NCBI GenBank assembly: GCA_049512075.1
Contig: JBEKXL010000016.1
Location: forward strand, 1-50,359
Reading direction: 5' to 3'
Source: Candidatus Bathyarchaeia archaeon
Lineage (GTDB): Archaea > Thermoproteota > Bathyarchaeia > Bathyarchaeales > Bathycorpusculaceae
DNA: 50,359 bases
In this document: positions 38,301 through 47,590 of the stretch, in pieces
Layout of the letters: each line of letters begins with the position of its first letter
How positions within the stretch are numbered: position 1 is the first letter of the stretch
Notes under the pieces: model-generated
What the model was told of the DNA's origin: nothing
Database searches by the model: none
Seen by the model: only the letters and a program-made list of their open reading frames with translations
Position numbers and translations under genes: made by a program

Positions 38301-38834
38301 TCAACCGTCCGCTTCCTTTGCCAAAGTGTGTACGTGTGAACTGTTTTGGCCCTTCAAGTCATCTGCAAGCTGTTTCAGGGAGAATGGTCGCAGTACGTTT
38401 TCAGTGGTTAGGTCTATGAGAAATGATTCGAGGCTCATGATATCCTTCACTTCGGCTCGCATCTCCTGCATGAAAATAGAATAGTCTGAGTAGCTTTTGT
38501 GGATTGAAATGGTTATTCTATCGTGGTCTAGTCCGTTGCCATCAGAGGCAAATATCATGTTTGAGTGTTTTTCCACGAAGCTCTTGGCTTTTTGAAAAAC
38601 ATCTTCTGGGTGTTTCTCATAGTCCCGTTTGCCAAAAACTACTGCCATTATCTTGTAACCCAGCTTAGCCAGATTAGGAGACGCGCCGTACTCTACGAGT
38701 CCTTGTTTCTCGAGCCTCGCCCTTGTCCTAGTGACGGTGGGCTGAGAGACGTGAAGTACCCTGGCAAGCTCCCTGTCACTCCTTCTGCAGTTTCTAACAA
38801 GCTCTGATACCAGTTGAAGCTCAAAGTCTTTCAA
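38301..38834 (-). CDS. Lrp/AsnC-family transcription regulator
   Basis: RRSDRELARVLHVSQPTVTRTRARLEKQG; P..AKLGY. Confidence 0.85.
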   Translation of the reverse strand: MKDFELQLVSELVRNCRRSDRELARVLHVSQPTVTRTRARLEKQGLVEYGASPNLAKLGYKIMAVVFGKRDYEKHPEDVFQKAKSFVEKHSNMIFASDGNGLDHDRITISIHKSYSDYSIFMQEMRAEVKDIMSLESFLIDLTTENVLRPFSLKQLADDLKGQNSSHVHTLAKEADG

Positions 38835-38987
38835 ACAGGTTCACCTCTCCTCCCAACGTGCAAACCCAGACCTATTTGGGAAGTGAAGGGTAAGAAGCTT
38901 CCCATATCAACAAGAGACGGACAAGCTGCTTTCCGCGCTCTCCCCTTCAGAAAAACTGTGGCGCGCGCGTCTTGGTTGGCGAAAGAT

Positions 38988-40574
38988 TTACCCCATTCGT
39001 ATACTGCTAGAGTCATCGCGGGAATAGACTATTTTTCCGTCAACGACTGTTGTCTCCACCTTAACCTTCTTAATCATGTCTGGTTCGACGCTGAACAAGT
39101 CGTCCGAAAGGATGGTGAAGTCGGCCAGCTTGCCAACTTCAATCGTTCCCTTCTCAGCCGCGTCTAGACTGGCGTGGGCCGCGTTCAACGTGTAGGTTTC
39201 CAAGGCTTGCTTCATGTTGAGACTCTCGTCTGAGCTTCTTTTCGCCACGGCAGCCCAGATGCCGAGCAGGGGACTGATTTCCTCCACGGGACAGTCAGAG
39301 CCTGAAATGACAATCACGCCCTCCTTCATAAGAGTCTTGAACGGAAAGGCCCAACGTGCTCTTTCTTTGCCCACACGGTCGACGAGCCAGAAGTCAGATA
39401 CGACGAAGTGAGGCTGAACAGAGGCTATCAGGCCCAGGCTTTTCATGCGTTGGATGAGTTCCGGGTTGAGGAGGGAGCAGTGTTCGATTCTGTGTCTGTG
39501 GTCTTTGCGCGGGAACTGTTTCAGAGCTTCGTCGTAAGCGTCCAGGACGTTTTCGACGGCGCGGTCGCCTATGGCGTGAACGGCTAGCTGCAGCCCGGCC
39601 TTGTGGGCCTTAAGGACGAGTTGGCAGAGTTCCTTCTTGGGGTGCAGGAGCAGGCCGTTCGAGCTAGGCTCGTCAGAGTAAGGTTCTTTGAGAGCCGCGG
39701 TACGGGAGCCGAGTGAACCGTCGGCGAAGAGCTTGACGAAACCCATCTTGACCTTGCTGTTCGAGGCGCGGGTTGAGAGATGTAGGTTGGCACGGCTGTC
39801 CAAGAGCTTGGGTGGGACGCCCAGGTAGACTCTTAGGGGCAGTTTTCCTTCAGAATCAAGGTTCATTATGGCTTGAATTTCGTCGGTTGACTCGGTTATC
39901 CAGTGAACGCCCGTGAGTCCGGCTTCCACGGCCTTGATGCTGGCGAGGAGGCTGGCTTCTTCGAGAGCTTCCAAGCTTGGTTTGGGAACCGTTTTCCAGA
40001 TGAGGCGCATGGCGTTTTCTTTCAAGATTCCATTGGGTTGGCCGCTGGTTTCATCCAATTCTATCTTTCCGCCTTCGACAACTGTCTTCTCGGTTATGCG
40101 CGCCAATCGGAGGGCTTCACTGTTGGCGAGGCCGGTGTGGCCGCAGACGCGGACCAAGAAAACAGGCATGTCTGGCGCTGCAATGTCCAAGTCCCACCGG
40201 GTTGGGTACCGTTTTTCAGTGAATTTCTCTTGGTCCCATCTTCCTCCCAGAATCCAGCCTGTTCCGCGGGTTTTGGAGGCGTGTTCTCGGAGCCTGTTTT
40301 GCATTTCTTTTATGGAGTGTGCGTTTTTGAGGTCGGGGCTTTGCAGAAAGAAGCCGAACTCTGTCATGTGCACGTGACAGTCAACGAGGCCTGGAACGAC
40401 GGTTTTGCTCTTGGCGTCTACGATTTTTGTGCCAGTGCCGACGTGTTTGCGGATTTCAGTGTTCGAGCCTACGGCGATTATTCGACCATTTTGAACGGCT
40501 ACTGCCGCGGCTTTTGGCTGTTCAAGGGTGAGGGTGATTATGTTGGCGTTCAGTATTGCAAGCGAGGCGGACAT
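38988..40574 (-). CDS. Amidohydrolase 3 (YtcJ-like)
   Basis: PGLVDCHVH, KLFADGSLGSRTA, HAIGD, RIEH, GSDCP, GKLADF. Confidence 0.92.
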   Translation of the reverse strand: MSASLAILNANIITLTLEQPKAAAVAVQNGRIIAVGSNTEIRKHVGTGTKIVDAKSKTVVPGLVDCHVHMTEFGFFLQSPDLKNAHSIKEMQNRLREHASKTRGTGWILGGRWDQEKFTEKRYPTRWDLDIAAPDMPVFLVRVCGHTGLANSEALRLARITEKTVVEGGKIELDETSGQPNGILKENAMRLIWKTVPKPSLEALEEASLLASIKAVEAGLTGVHWITESTDEIQAIMNLDSEGKLPLRVYLGVPPKLLDSRANLHLSTRASNSKVKMGFVKLFADGSLGSRTAALKEPYSDEPSSNGLLLHPKKELCQLVLKAHKAGLQLAVHAIGDRAVENVLDAYDEALKQFPRKDHRHRIEHCSLLNPELIQRMKSLGLIASVQPHFVVSDFWLVDRVGKERARWAFPFKTLMKEGVIVISGSDCPVEEISPLLGIWAAVAKRSSDESLNMKQALETYTLNAAHASLDAAEKGTIEVGKLADFTILSDDLFSVEPDMIKKVKVETTVVDGKIVYSRDDSSSIRMG

Positions 40575-40857
40575 AACCAGTGATTATTGCTGGATGAGAA
40601 AATAAGCTTTGAAGAACGGGCTAGACCCAGTTTTGTCCGGGTTTTCTCTGGAGGATTACGCGTTTTTCGTAGTTGCGTCTGTTGCGATATCTTGGGCTGG
40701 GACTTCTCTTGGGAGTAGCCTGGATTTTGGGAGTTTGAGACCTGACTTTTCCAGCTTTTGAGAGCGAACCGTGAGTGGGCAAATGAAATGCACCTGTGTG
40801 CTATGCAAAGCTTATAGTAACTCTTAAACCTTTTCACATGCACCAATAGCATGCCAT

Positions 40858-40973
40858 GCGGGGGTCGCCAAGCATGGTTAAAGGCGTAGAGCCAAAAAAC
40901 AATCAAGAGGCGCGAAAGCTTCAGGAGCCTATCCTGTAGAGGTTCGTGGGTTCAAATCCCACCCCCCGCACCA
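40858..40973 (+). tRNA. tRNA-Leu(CAG) with a 28-nt intron (40890-40917) at position 29/30 and encoded CCA
   Basis: Acceptor GCGGGGG/CCCCCGC-A-CCA; T arm GTGGG-TTCAAAT-CCCAC; long variable arm. Removing 40890-40917 restores the anticodon stem TAGGC/GCCTA with loop TT-CAG-GA. Confidence 0.93.
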
Positions 40974-40991
40974 CCTTCAAACCATTAGTTC

Positions 40992-41017
40992 CGCTCAAAT
41001 TTCGCTCGTTTTGAGCG
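40992..41017. other. Hairpin CGCTCAAA-N10-TTTGAGCG just 3' of the tRNA
   Basis: Perfect 8-bp arms. Confidence 0.4.
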
Positions 41018-41271
41018 TAGGACGGTGGAAAAACGACTTCAAATTCAGGGTAGGTTTTGATTTCACTTGAGCGTTTAAAACTGTCAACCTTCAAAGAAGC
41101 AGAGGTTGCTATTCCTTAGCTCACACTGGCACGCGCCGAAGCATACTAGCTCTCACTAGTAGGGAGTGCTAGCATAGAATTGAATAGTTATGAGCAGCCC
41201 AGGTGTTCACAAATCTGTTGTTTCGATTGAACTCGCGAATCTGCAAGAAAAACAGTGGGGAAACGTGGAAA

Positions 41272-41391
41272 ATGTCCAAGTTTGAAGCGGAAGTCAAGAA
41301 GATAGTCGAGGTCTTGGGTTTGAAATGGGCACCTATTGCGGCACGGTTTTCCATGGAGAACGATGAAATTCTCGCGCGCGCGATTTCGTGA
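41272..41391 (+). pseudogene. N-terminal remnant of a DUF169-like protein
   Basis: MSKFEAEVKKIVEVLGLKWAPIAARFS resembles DUF169 N-termini (L.L...PVA..F). The match ends at the palindrome TCGCGCGCGCGA (41372-41383). Confidence 0.55.
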
Positions 41392-41418
41392 TATGGCACC
41401 TCTCCCCTCGCAAGATTA

Positions 41419-41441
41419 AATAGTTAGCATATCTAATTATT
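41419..41441. promoter_or_regulatory. Probable MarR operator overlapping a TATA-like box
   Basis: AATAGTTAG-CATAT-CTAATTATT (one mismatch) overlaps TTAAATA and ends 16 bp before the marR start. Confidence 0.6.
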
Positions 41442-41457
41442 AGAAGGTGCAATTGAT

Positions 41458-41919
41458 ATGGTCGTGACTCCGCAAGAATCGGCACGTGAGCTCCTCGAAG
41501 TGGTTCCTACAGTCATGAGAGACATACGATCTGAGATGCGGAGTCGAAGGTCGCCTGAGTTGACCGTTCCTCAGTTCCGCACGTTAGCTTTTGTGAACCG
41601 CAAAGAGGGTCCCTCGCTTTCGGAGGTGGCGGATCACATGGGGCTCACTCCGCCTTCCACGTGCAGACTTGTAGACGGTCTTATCGCACGGGGCATGATG
41701 ACACGGCAAGGCCATCCCACGGACAGAAGACGCGTAAGATTGACCGTTACACCTCGCGGCCACAGGGTTTTAGAGGCCTCAAGACGCGGGGCACTTGCGT
41801 ATCTGGCAGACAAACTAGATGGTGTGACCGCTGACGACAGGGCAGTCATCGTCAAAGCCATGGAAGTTCTGCGTTCCGTCTTCACCACCGATACACGGGC
41901 AAGAGCTGTAGTGAAGTGA
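41458..41919 (+). CDS. MarR-family transcription regulator
   Basis: LTVPQFRTL..V...SLSEVA.....PST.RLVDGL...G...R...DRRRV.L..T..G. Confidence 0.92.
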   Translation: MVVTPQESARELLEVVPTVMRDIRSEMRSRRSPELTVPQFRTLAFVNRKEGPSLSEVADHMGLTPPSTCRLVDGLIARGMMTRQGHPTDRRRVRLTVTPRGHRVLEASRRGALAYLADKLDGVTADDRAVIVKAMEVLRSVFTTDTRARAVVK

Positions 41920-42066
41920 GATCGTGCCTATCCCTGCAACAGAACACCTCTCTCGCCGTTTCGGAGAGCTGAAGCGTGCGCGTTCTTGTGACGATCGGAC
42001 GGATACTCTGCCCCAGTACGGTCGTCTGAAGGCATCACATGTTGCTTTGGTGGAGAGAACTATCAG

Positions 42067-43008
42067 TTGATAACGTGTGATCACCTGACGAAAGTCTACG
42101 GCAAGAGCAAGACCAAGGCGCTTGACTCTGTAAGCTTCTCTGTCCCTTCGCGTGGCGTGTTCGTGCTGATAGGCAGGAACGGTTCTGGAAAAACCACGCT
42201 TGTGCGTATCCTTGCAACCGAGCTCGAACCGACGTCCGGAGTGGCCACTATAAACGGCATAGACGTCGTGAACGAACCGCGTAGGCTCAGAGAGAAAATT
42301 GCCATTGTGCCCCAAGAGGCAAGACCGATACCTTGGATGACCCCGATGCAAACGGTGCTGTCGTATCTTTTGTGGCGAGGGTTCAACTATGTTGAGGCGA
42401 GGGAGAAGGCATCCGAGTCGCTTAAGAGGCTCGGGCTCAGCGGGTACTCCAACACGTTGAATCGTATGCTCTCTGGAGGAATGAAGAGGAAGGTTTTGGT
42501 GGCCACGGTCCTCTCCTCAGAAGCCGAAATAATTTTTTTGGACGAACCGACGACGGGGCTTGATCCGATATCGAGAAGAGAGTTCTGGGAGATTCTCAGA
42601 GAGATTGGAAAAGAGCGTTTCACATTTCTCACTACGCATTACCTCGAAGAGGCGGAGCAGCTGGCTGATCAGATTGGCGTACTGGACAGCGGCAGGCTAA
42701 TCCGCCTCGGAACGCTTGAGGATTTGAGGCAGGGAGTCAATTACAACTACAGCATGAAGCTGCTGTCAAAGCCGGCGCCTGATTTTCTTGCGTCTTTGAA
42801 AGGTGAGATAGTGACTGGAAGGGATGGCGTAGTCAGAATTCTCACGGCAGAAGAGGAGGCTTTCAGAATTTCGAGAGAACTGTCCAAGGGCGGGTTCAAG
42901 TTTACCATCAATCCGATATCGCTTGACGACATATTCTTCTATCTTGTGAATCGAGAAGGGGGAAAAGGAGTCGGAGTCCAAGAAGGGCCCGATGCAGAAG
43001 AGGAGTAG
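42067..43008 (+). CDS. ABC-2 type exporter ATP-binding subunit
   Basis: GRNGSGKTT, LSGGMKR, FLDEPTTGLD, TTHYLEEAE. Confidence 0.93.
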   Translation: MITCDHLTKVYGKSKTKALDSVSFSVPSRGVFVLIGRNGSGKTTLVRILATELEPTSGVATINGIDVVNEPRRLREKIAIVPQEARPIPWMTPMQTVLSYLLWRGFNYVEAREKASESLKRLGLSGYSNTLNRMLSGGMKRKVLVATVLSSEAEIIFLDEPTTGLDPISRREFWEILREIGKERFTFLTTHYLEEAEQLADQIGVLDSGRLIRLGTLEDLRQGVNYNYSMKLLSKPAPDFLASLKGEIVTGRDGVVRILTAEEEAFRISRELSKGGFKFTINPISLDDIFFYLVNREGGKGVGVQEGPDAEEE

Positions 43009-43738
43009 GTTCAGCCAGGTTCTGGCTGCTATACTCGTCAATGCCGTGTATGAAATGAGAAACTACCCGATTGTCCTCATCAACACTGTTCTCTCGCCTC
43101 TGTCCTTCCTGCTTCTGATAGTGTTTGTGAGTCGCGGCAGCCTGATAGGAGAGGCGGTGGAAGGGGCGTTCATAATGAGCATGTTCTCGAGCGGCATGGG
43201 CCTCCAGGCGGACCTTTCGCACCTCAAGAACGATTTCAAGCTTCAAGACATGGTGGTCAGTTCTCCAACCGGTTGGCTGACGTACATGGTTGGAATCGCG
43301 ATTTCGGAGATTGTTTACTCCCTTCCCGCGTTGACAGTGCTCGCCGTGCTCGCACACTACTACCTGGTCCTGAGTCCTGTCGGAGTCCTAGAGTTTGTGG
43401 CAGTGCTTCTTCTGATGTTTCTTGCGTCTATGGCTGTGGGCTACACGCTTTCAACGTTTTCCAGTGACATTGTTCAGAGCTTTGCGTTTTCCAGACTTCT
43501 TTCGACACTTTTCTCGACGATTCCGCCTGTTTACTACCCGATTACTTACATTCCACTTCCGTTCAGATATTTGGCCTATTTTTCTCCGACTACGTACGCG
43601 GCAGAGTTAGCTCAGAGTGCTACGGGGTACCTGCCGTTACCAGTTGCGATCATGGTTCTCGATTGGAGTGTCCTGATAGCTGTAACAGTCATACTCTTTA
43701 TGATAGCGAAGACCAAGGCACGGTGGAGAGAAGTTTAG
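42992..43738 (+). CDS. ABC-2 type exporter permease
   Basis: About six TM segments, PVYYP..P.....P.TY; overlaps the ATPase. Confidence 0.85.
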   Translation: MQKRSRFSQVLAAILVNAVYEMRNYPIVLINTVLSPLSFLLLIVFVSRGSLIGEAVEGAFIMSMFSSGMGLQADLSHLKNDFKLQDMVVSSPTGWLTYMVGIAISEIVYSLPALTVLAVLAHYYLVLSPVGVLEFVAVLLLMFLASMAVGYTLSTFSSDIVQSFAFSRLLSTLFSTIPPVYYPITYIPLPFRYLAYFSPTTYAAELAQSATGYLPLPVAIMVLDWSVLIAVTVILFMIAKTKARWREV

Positions 43739-43962
43739 CAGTAGCGCGTTCATTTTGAGACCGCGGTTCTAACGCGCGCTAGAGCGTTGCAAAGTCGAAT
43801 TGTTTGTGCTAATTTCTGCTTACCTTCCAAGCACGGTTGCATTCTCATCAAACTCTACATACCATGTCATGGATGTCGGTCCAACCCAATGTGATCAACA
43901 GGTTCATGTCAATTCCCCGAACTCAGCAACACGCTAGCGCGAATACGTGTTCGGCGCGCGCG

Positions 43963-44195
43963 GTGAATGATTGCACGATGGCCGCGCAGAACATGATACT
44001 GCAGCCTACTCGATGGGTATTGGGAGTTGCTGGATCGGTTTGCTGATAAGCATAGCGAACGATCCGAAGGTGAAGAAGGAACTGAGCATCCCAGACGATC
44101 ACGAGGTGTATTCCGAGCTAATCTTTGGAATCCCTAAGGGAAAAACGAGTTCGTCGCTGAGACGGCCACCCCAAATCCTTAAACGGATTGACTAG
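43963..44195 (+). pseudogene. C-terminal remnant of a nitroreductase, frameshifted near 44000
   Basis: VNDCTMAAQNMI, frameshift, then AAYSMGIGSCWIG...LIFG.P. The N-terminal half is absent and the match starts right after GCGCGCGCG (43954-43962). Confidence 0.8.
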
Positions 44196-44240
44196 CCATT
44201 ATCTAACTGTAGTAAGAGGCAGAACTGAGGAATAGTTTTC

Positions 44241-44978
44241 ATGGATCTTCAGGATAGGGTCGTAATTGTCACTGGCGCTTCTTCAGGGATAGGTCTGGCG
44301 ACAGCGAGACTTCTTGCTAAACAGGGCACGAAACTGGCTCTCGTCTCCCGTTCAAAAGGGAAGTTGGAGCAACTCTCAGTTGAGCTTCCCGGCTCGTTGG
44401 CGGTTCCCGCCGACGTGACGAGAATCTGTGATATCGAGAGCATGATTAGACGGACGATGGAGCACTTCGGGAGAATCGACGTTCTAATCAACTGTGCCGG
44501 CCAGGGATATGACGCTCCAGTTGAGAAGACTAACGTTGACACTTTCCATCACATCTTCGACTTGGACGTGGTCGGCCCGCTCGTTGCCATGAAGCAGGTC
44601 ATCCCTATCATGCGGAAGCAGGGCGGAGGAACGATCGTTAACATCAGCTCCGGCACCGCGCTGATGTATCTGCCGAACAACGGGGCATATTCGGCCTTGA
44701 AACGAGCGCTTGCCAACATCAGCTTGACCGCACGGGAAGAATTGAAGAAGGATGACATTGTTGTCAGTGTCGTGTACCCGTACATTACGCTCACCGATTT
44801 CGAGAAGAACACCATTAAGGATGCAATTCCTGAAGGCGGAGAGCAGGGAGGCTCCGTTCCGTTTCCAGCCGACACCGCGGAGTATGTGGCGCAGAAGATA
44901 CTGAAAGGCATAGAAAGCGGAGAAGCAGAAATCTTCGCCCACGATTGGATGAAGAAAAGAGCCGACGCAAACCCCTAA
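44241..44978 (+). CDS. Short-chain dehydrogenase/reductase
   Basis: TGASSGIG, NCAG, NISS, YSALK. Confidence 0.92.
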   Translation: MDLQDRVVIVTGASSGIGLATARLLAKQGTKLALVSRSKGKLEQLSVELPGSLAVPADVTRICDIESMIRRTMEHFGRIDVLINCAGQGYDAPVEKTNVDTFHHIFDLDVVGPLVAMKQVIPIMRKQGGGTIVNISSGTALMYLPNNGAYSALKRALANISLTAREELKKDDIVVSVVYPYITLTDFEKNTIKDAIPEGGEQGGSVPFPADTAEYVAQKILKGIESGEAEIFAHDWMKKRADANP

Positions 44979-45351
44979 TCTCGCTGCTTCGATGCTTTTA
45001 GGTGTTCTGGGAAACCCCAGCGGGTGGCTCAATTTGAACAAGCGTTCACCAGTAAAATGTTGCAGCTTCTTTCTGTTCTGGCTGATGTGCACATAAACAA
45101 GACATATGACACATCGGAACTGCCAATTCTACTCGGGAGCCTCGGGCGCCATTTTGGCTAGTAAGCACGCGCCCCAATAGACAACACCGAGTTAAACTGT
45201 TACTGAAGGCACGCCAAGTCATTGAAACGACGTATAAGAAAAAAGTATGACCGGAGCTAAAGGTTTACACACTTCCATACAGATTTGCCCTAGAGGTGGA
45301 AGGTAAGTATATCAGAGTCTTGGCAGTGTAGGAGACAGGGGAGGATTTCTA

Positions 45352-46146
45352 ATGACAGCGTGGCACATGATGGGCGTGGTGATTGTCACACTCGCGCTTT
45401 TGGTCGCTGGCGTGTTTCTGGTTTTGGTAGACGACAAGCCTGCCAATTCCACGGCATTGTGCTACACCTTCAGCGTTGTCAACGTGTACCCGCACGACAC
45501 GAATGCTTTCACCGAAGGATTGGTGTTCGACAACGGCTTTCTGTACGAAAGCACGGGACTCTACGGCAATTCCTCGTTGCGCCGCGTGGATTTGGAGACC
45601 GGTGAGATTTTGCAGGTTCGCACGTTGCAGTCTCAGTATTTCGGCGAGGGCATTGCAATCGTCGGGGATGAAATCGTCCAGTTGACGTGGCAGTCGCATG
45701 TGGGTTTCGTGTATGACAAGGCCACTTTTGGTCTGTTGCGGGAGTTTGAGTATCCTACTGAGGGATGGGGGTTAACGTACGACGGCAAGCGACTTATAAT
45801 GAGCGATGGGACATCGGACCTGTACTTTCTGGACCCAGTGACTTTCAAGAGAATCGGGCAGGTGGTGGTGCATGACACTGGACCTGTCACTGAACTCAAC
45901 GAGCTTGAGTACGTAAAAGGGGCGGTTTACGCGAACATTTGGGAACAAAAGAAGATCGCGGTCATCAATCCCCAGACCGGACAGGTGACGGTGTGGATCG
46001 ACTTGACGGGCATTCGAGACTCGAAAAATCAAGATCCAAACAACGTACTGAACGGAATCGCGTACGACACGAACGGAGACAGGCTCTTTGTCACTGGAAA
46101 GATGTGGCCGCACATTTTCGAAATCAAGCTGATCCCCTCTGCGTAG
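45352..46146 (+). CDS. Glutaminyl-peptide cyclotransferase (plant/bacterial beta-propeller type), N-terminally anchored
   Basis: PHD..AFTEGL, YESTG, FGEG, QLTW, EGWG, MSDG, LNELE, ANIW, VLNGIA, VTGK.W. Confidence 0.92.
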   Translation: MTAWHMMGVVIVTLALLVAGVFLVLVDDKPANSTALCYTFSVVNVYPHDTNAFTEGLVFDNGFLYESTGLYGNSSLRRVDLETGEILQVRTLQSQYFGEGIAIVGDEIVQLTWQSHVGFVYDKATFGLLREFEYPTEGWGLTYDGKRLIMSDGTSDLYFLDPVTFKRIGQVVVHDTGPVTELNELEYVKGAVYANIWEQKKIAVINPQTGQVTVWIDLTGIRDSKNQDPNNVLNGIAYDTNGDRLFVTGKMWPHIFEIKLIPSA

Positions 46147-46290
46147 TCTTTGCACATTTTCCGGCGCTTTCTTCGCGAACCGACTGATATGGGGAGTACC
46201 GCTAAGTCGGGTCATGAAACCGCGTCAGTAGACTTATATGCGAAGATTCATCTAGAGGAAAATCACAGGCGCGAGTGGTTAAGTTGGGAG

Positions 46291-47019
46291 ATGAGGGTTA
46301 TGGCTGATGTCTTGAAAATTATTCAGCAGAGACGGTCAATGAGGGTCCCTTTTGATCCGAATCGTCCGGTGTCCAAGGAGAGCCTGAGGCAGATCCTGGA
46401 GGCGGCGCGCTGGGCGCCGACGGCTCATAACATGCAGAACTTCGAAATTCTAGTCGTTGATGACAAGGAGGTTCTGGAGAAGATTGGAAAAATCAAGTCC
46501 CGTGTGTCGGAAGCGTTCATCCGTGAGAACTACCAGCAGCTGTCATCCTCGGAAGAGGAGTTGCTTCAGAAGAAGGTCGGAATCCTCGGCACCAATTTTC
46601 CGCCGGATTGGAGGGATCCTGCCAAGCTGGACAAAGCTGTTCGTGAAAGCGCACCTTCGCCCCTGAACCAACGCATCACGGGCAGTCCGCTACTGCTGAT
46701 AGTGATTTATGATTCTAGAAAGAGAGCGCCTGCTTCCGACGGAGATGTTTTGGGTTTCATTAGCTTGGGTTGTGTCATGGAGAACATGTGGCTTATGGCC
46801 CAGTCGCTTGGGATAAGCGTTCACATATTGAGCGTGTTCAGTGGAGATGCCGTGGAAAAAGAGGTGAAGCGGATTCTCAACGTCCCCGAATACATGAAGA
46901 TTGCTTTTGTCATCCGTCTGGGATACCCCGTCTCCAGGCCGGCTAAACACCTGAGAGTGCGTCGTGACATGGAAATGCTCACGCATCATAATAGGTTTGG
47001 GAACAAGGGCTTTAGCTGA
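46291..47019 (+). CDS. Nitroreductase family protein
   Basis: RRSMR, ARWAPTAHNMQ, MENMWLMA.SLG, RLGYP. Start is 46291 or 46300. Confidence 0.9.
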   Translation: MRVMADVLKIIQQRRSMRVPFDPNRPVSKESLRQILEAARWAPTAHNMQNFEILVVDDKEVLEKIGKIKSRVSEAFIRENYQQLSSSEEELLQKKVGILGTNFPPDWRDPAKLDKAVRESAPSPLNQRITGSPLLLIVIYDSRKRAPASDGDVLGFISLGCVMENMWLMAQSLGISVHILSVFSGDAVEKEVKRILNVPEYMKIAFVIRLGYPVSRPAKHLRVRRDMEMLTHHNRFGNKGFS

Positions 47020-47154
47020 GGAAACCCTGTCTTGTTTTCACGATTCCCAACCAGGGTATTTAGGAAAGAAGCGTTAGAGGATAGATTAGCTGGTTTGCGA
47101 AGAGGAAGTTTGAGCCGTTGTTGGAATGAGGGCGAACTTGCAAGTTTTAGGTAT

Positions 47155-47167
47155 TAGCGCGCGCTTT
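47155..47167. repeat. Dispersed (GC)n motif copy TAGCGCGCGCTTT, identical to 27813-27825
   Basis: Identical 13-mer, intergenic between the nitroreductase and RAM-domain genes. Confidence 0.7.
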
Positions 47168-47287
47168 GCTCAGTGCCTCGGCCTTGAAGCCAAATTTCTC
47201 GTAAAGATTTTTTGATCTCGCCTGACTAACTCTTTGAGTAACAGATTTATGCACTGGAACAGACTACAGTTTCTTGAGGAAGGCAAT

Positions 47288-47590
47288 TTGGAGGCTTTCA
47301 TTCTAGTTAACACGGATGCTGGTGTCTTGTGGCAAGTTCTGGAAGCTGTGCTCAAGATTGATGGTGTGAAGACCGCATATGGGGTGACAGGACAGTTCGA
47401 CGCGGTGGTCTTGGCACAGTTTTCGGATTTGGACTATCTGGGGAAGATGATTGAGAGAATCCACCACGTGAAGGGAGTGCTTCGAACTCAAACTTTGATG
47501 ACCATTCCGGGCCCTGCGGGAACAGGCAGCGTGATGCCGAGCTTGCCTGAAGAAGAAAGGATGGGGCCCAACGGCTATCCTGACAGGTGA
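47288..47590 (+). CDS. Lrp/AsnC ligand-binding (RAM) domain-only protein
   Basis: AFILVN....V...V..I.GV..AYGVTGQFD.......I..I..V.GV..T.TL; TTG start after GAGGAAGG. Confidence 0.8.
   Translation: MEAFILVNTDAGVLWQVLEAVLKIDGVKTAYGVTGQFDAVVLAQFSDLDYLGKMIERIHHVKGVLRTQTLMTIPGPAGTGSVMPSLPEEERMGPNGYPDR

Noticed and set aside
40575-40857. Long spacer upstream of the tRNA as a possible ncRNA or 118-aa ORF
   Set aside because: No convincing structure or motif; the ORF overlaps the tRNA.
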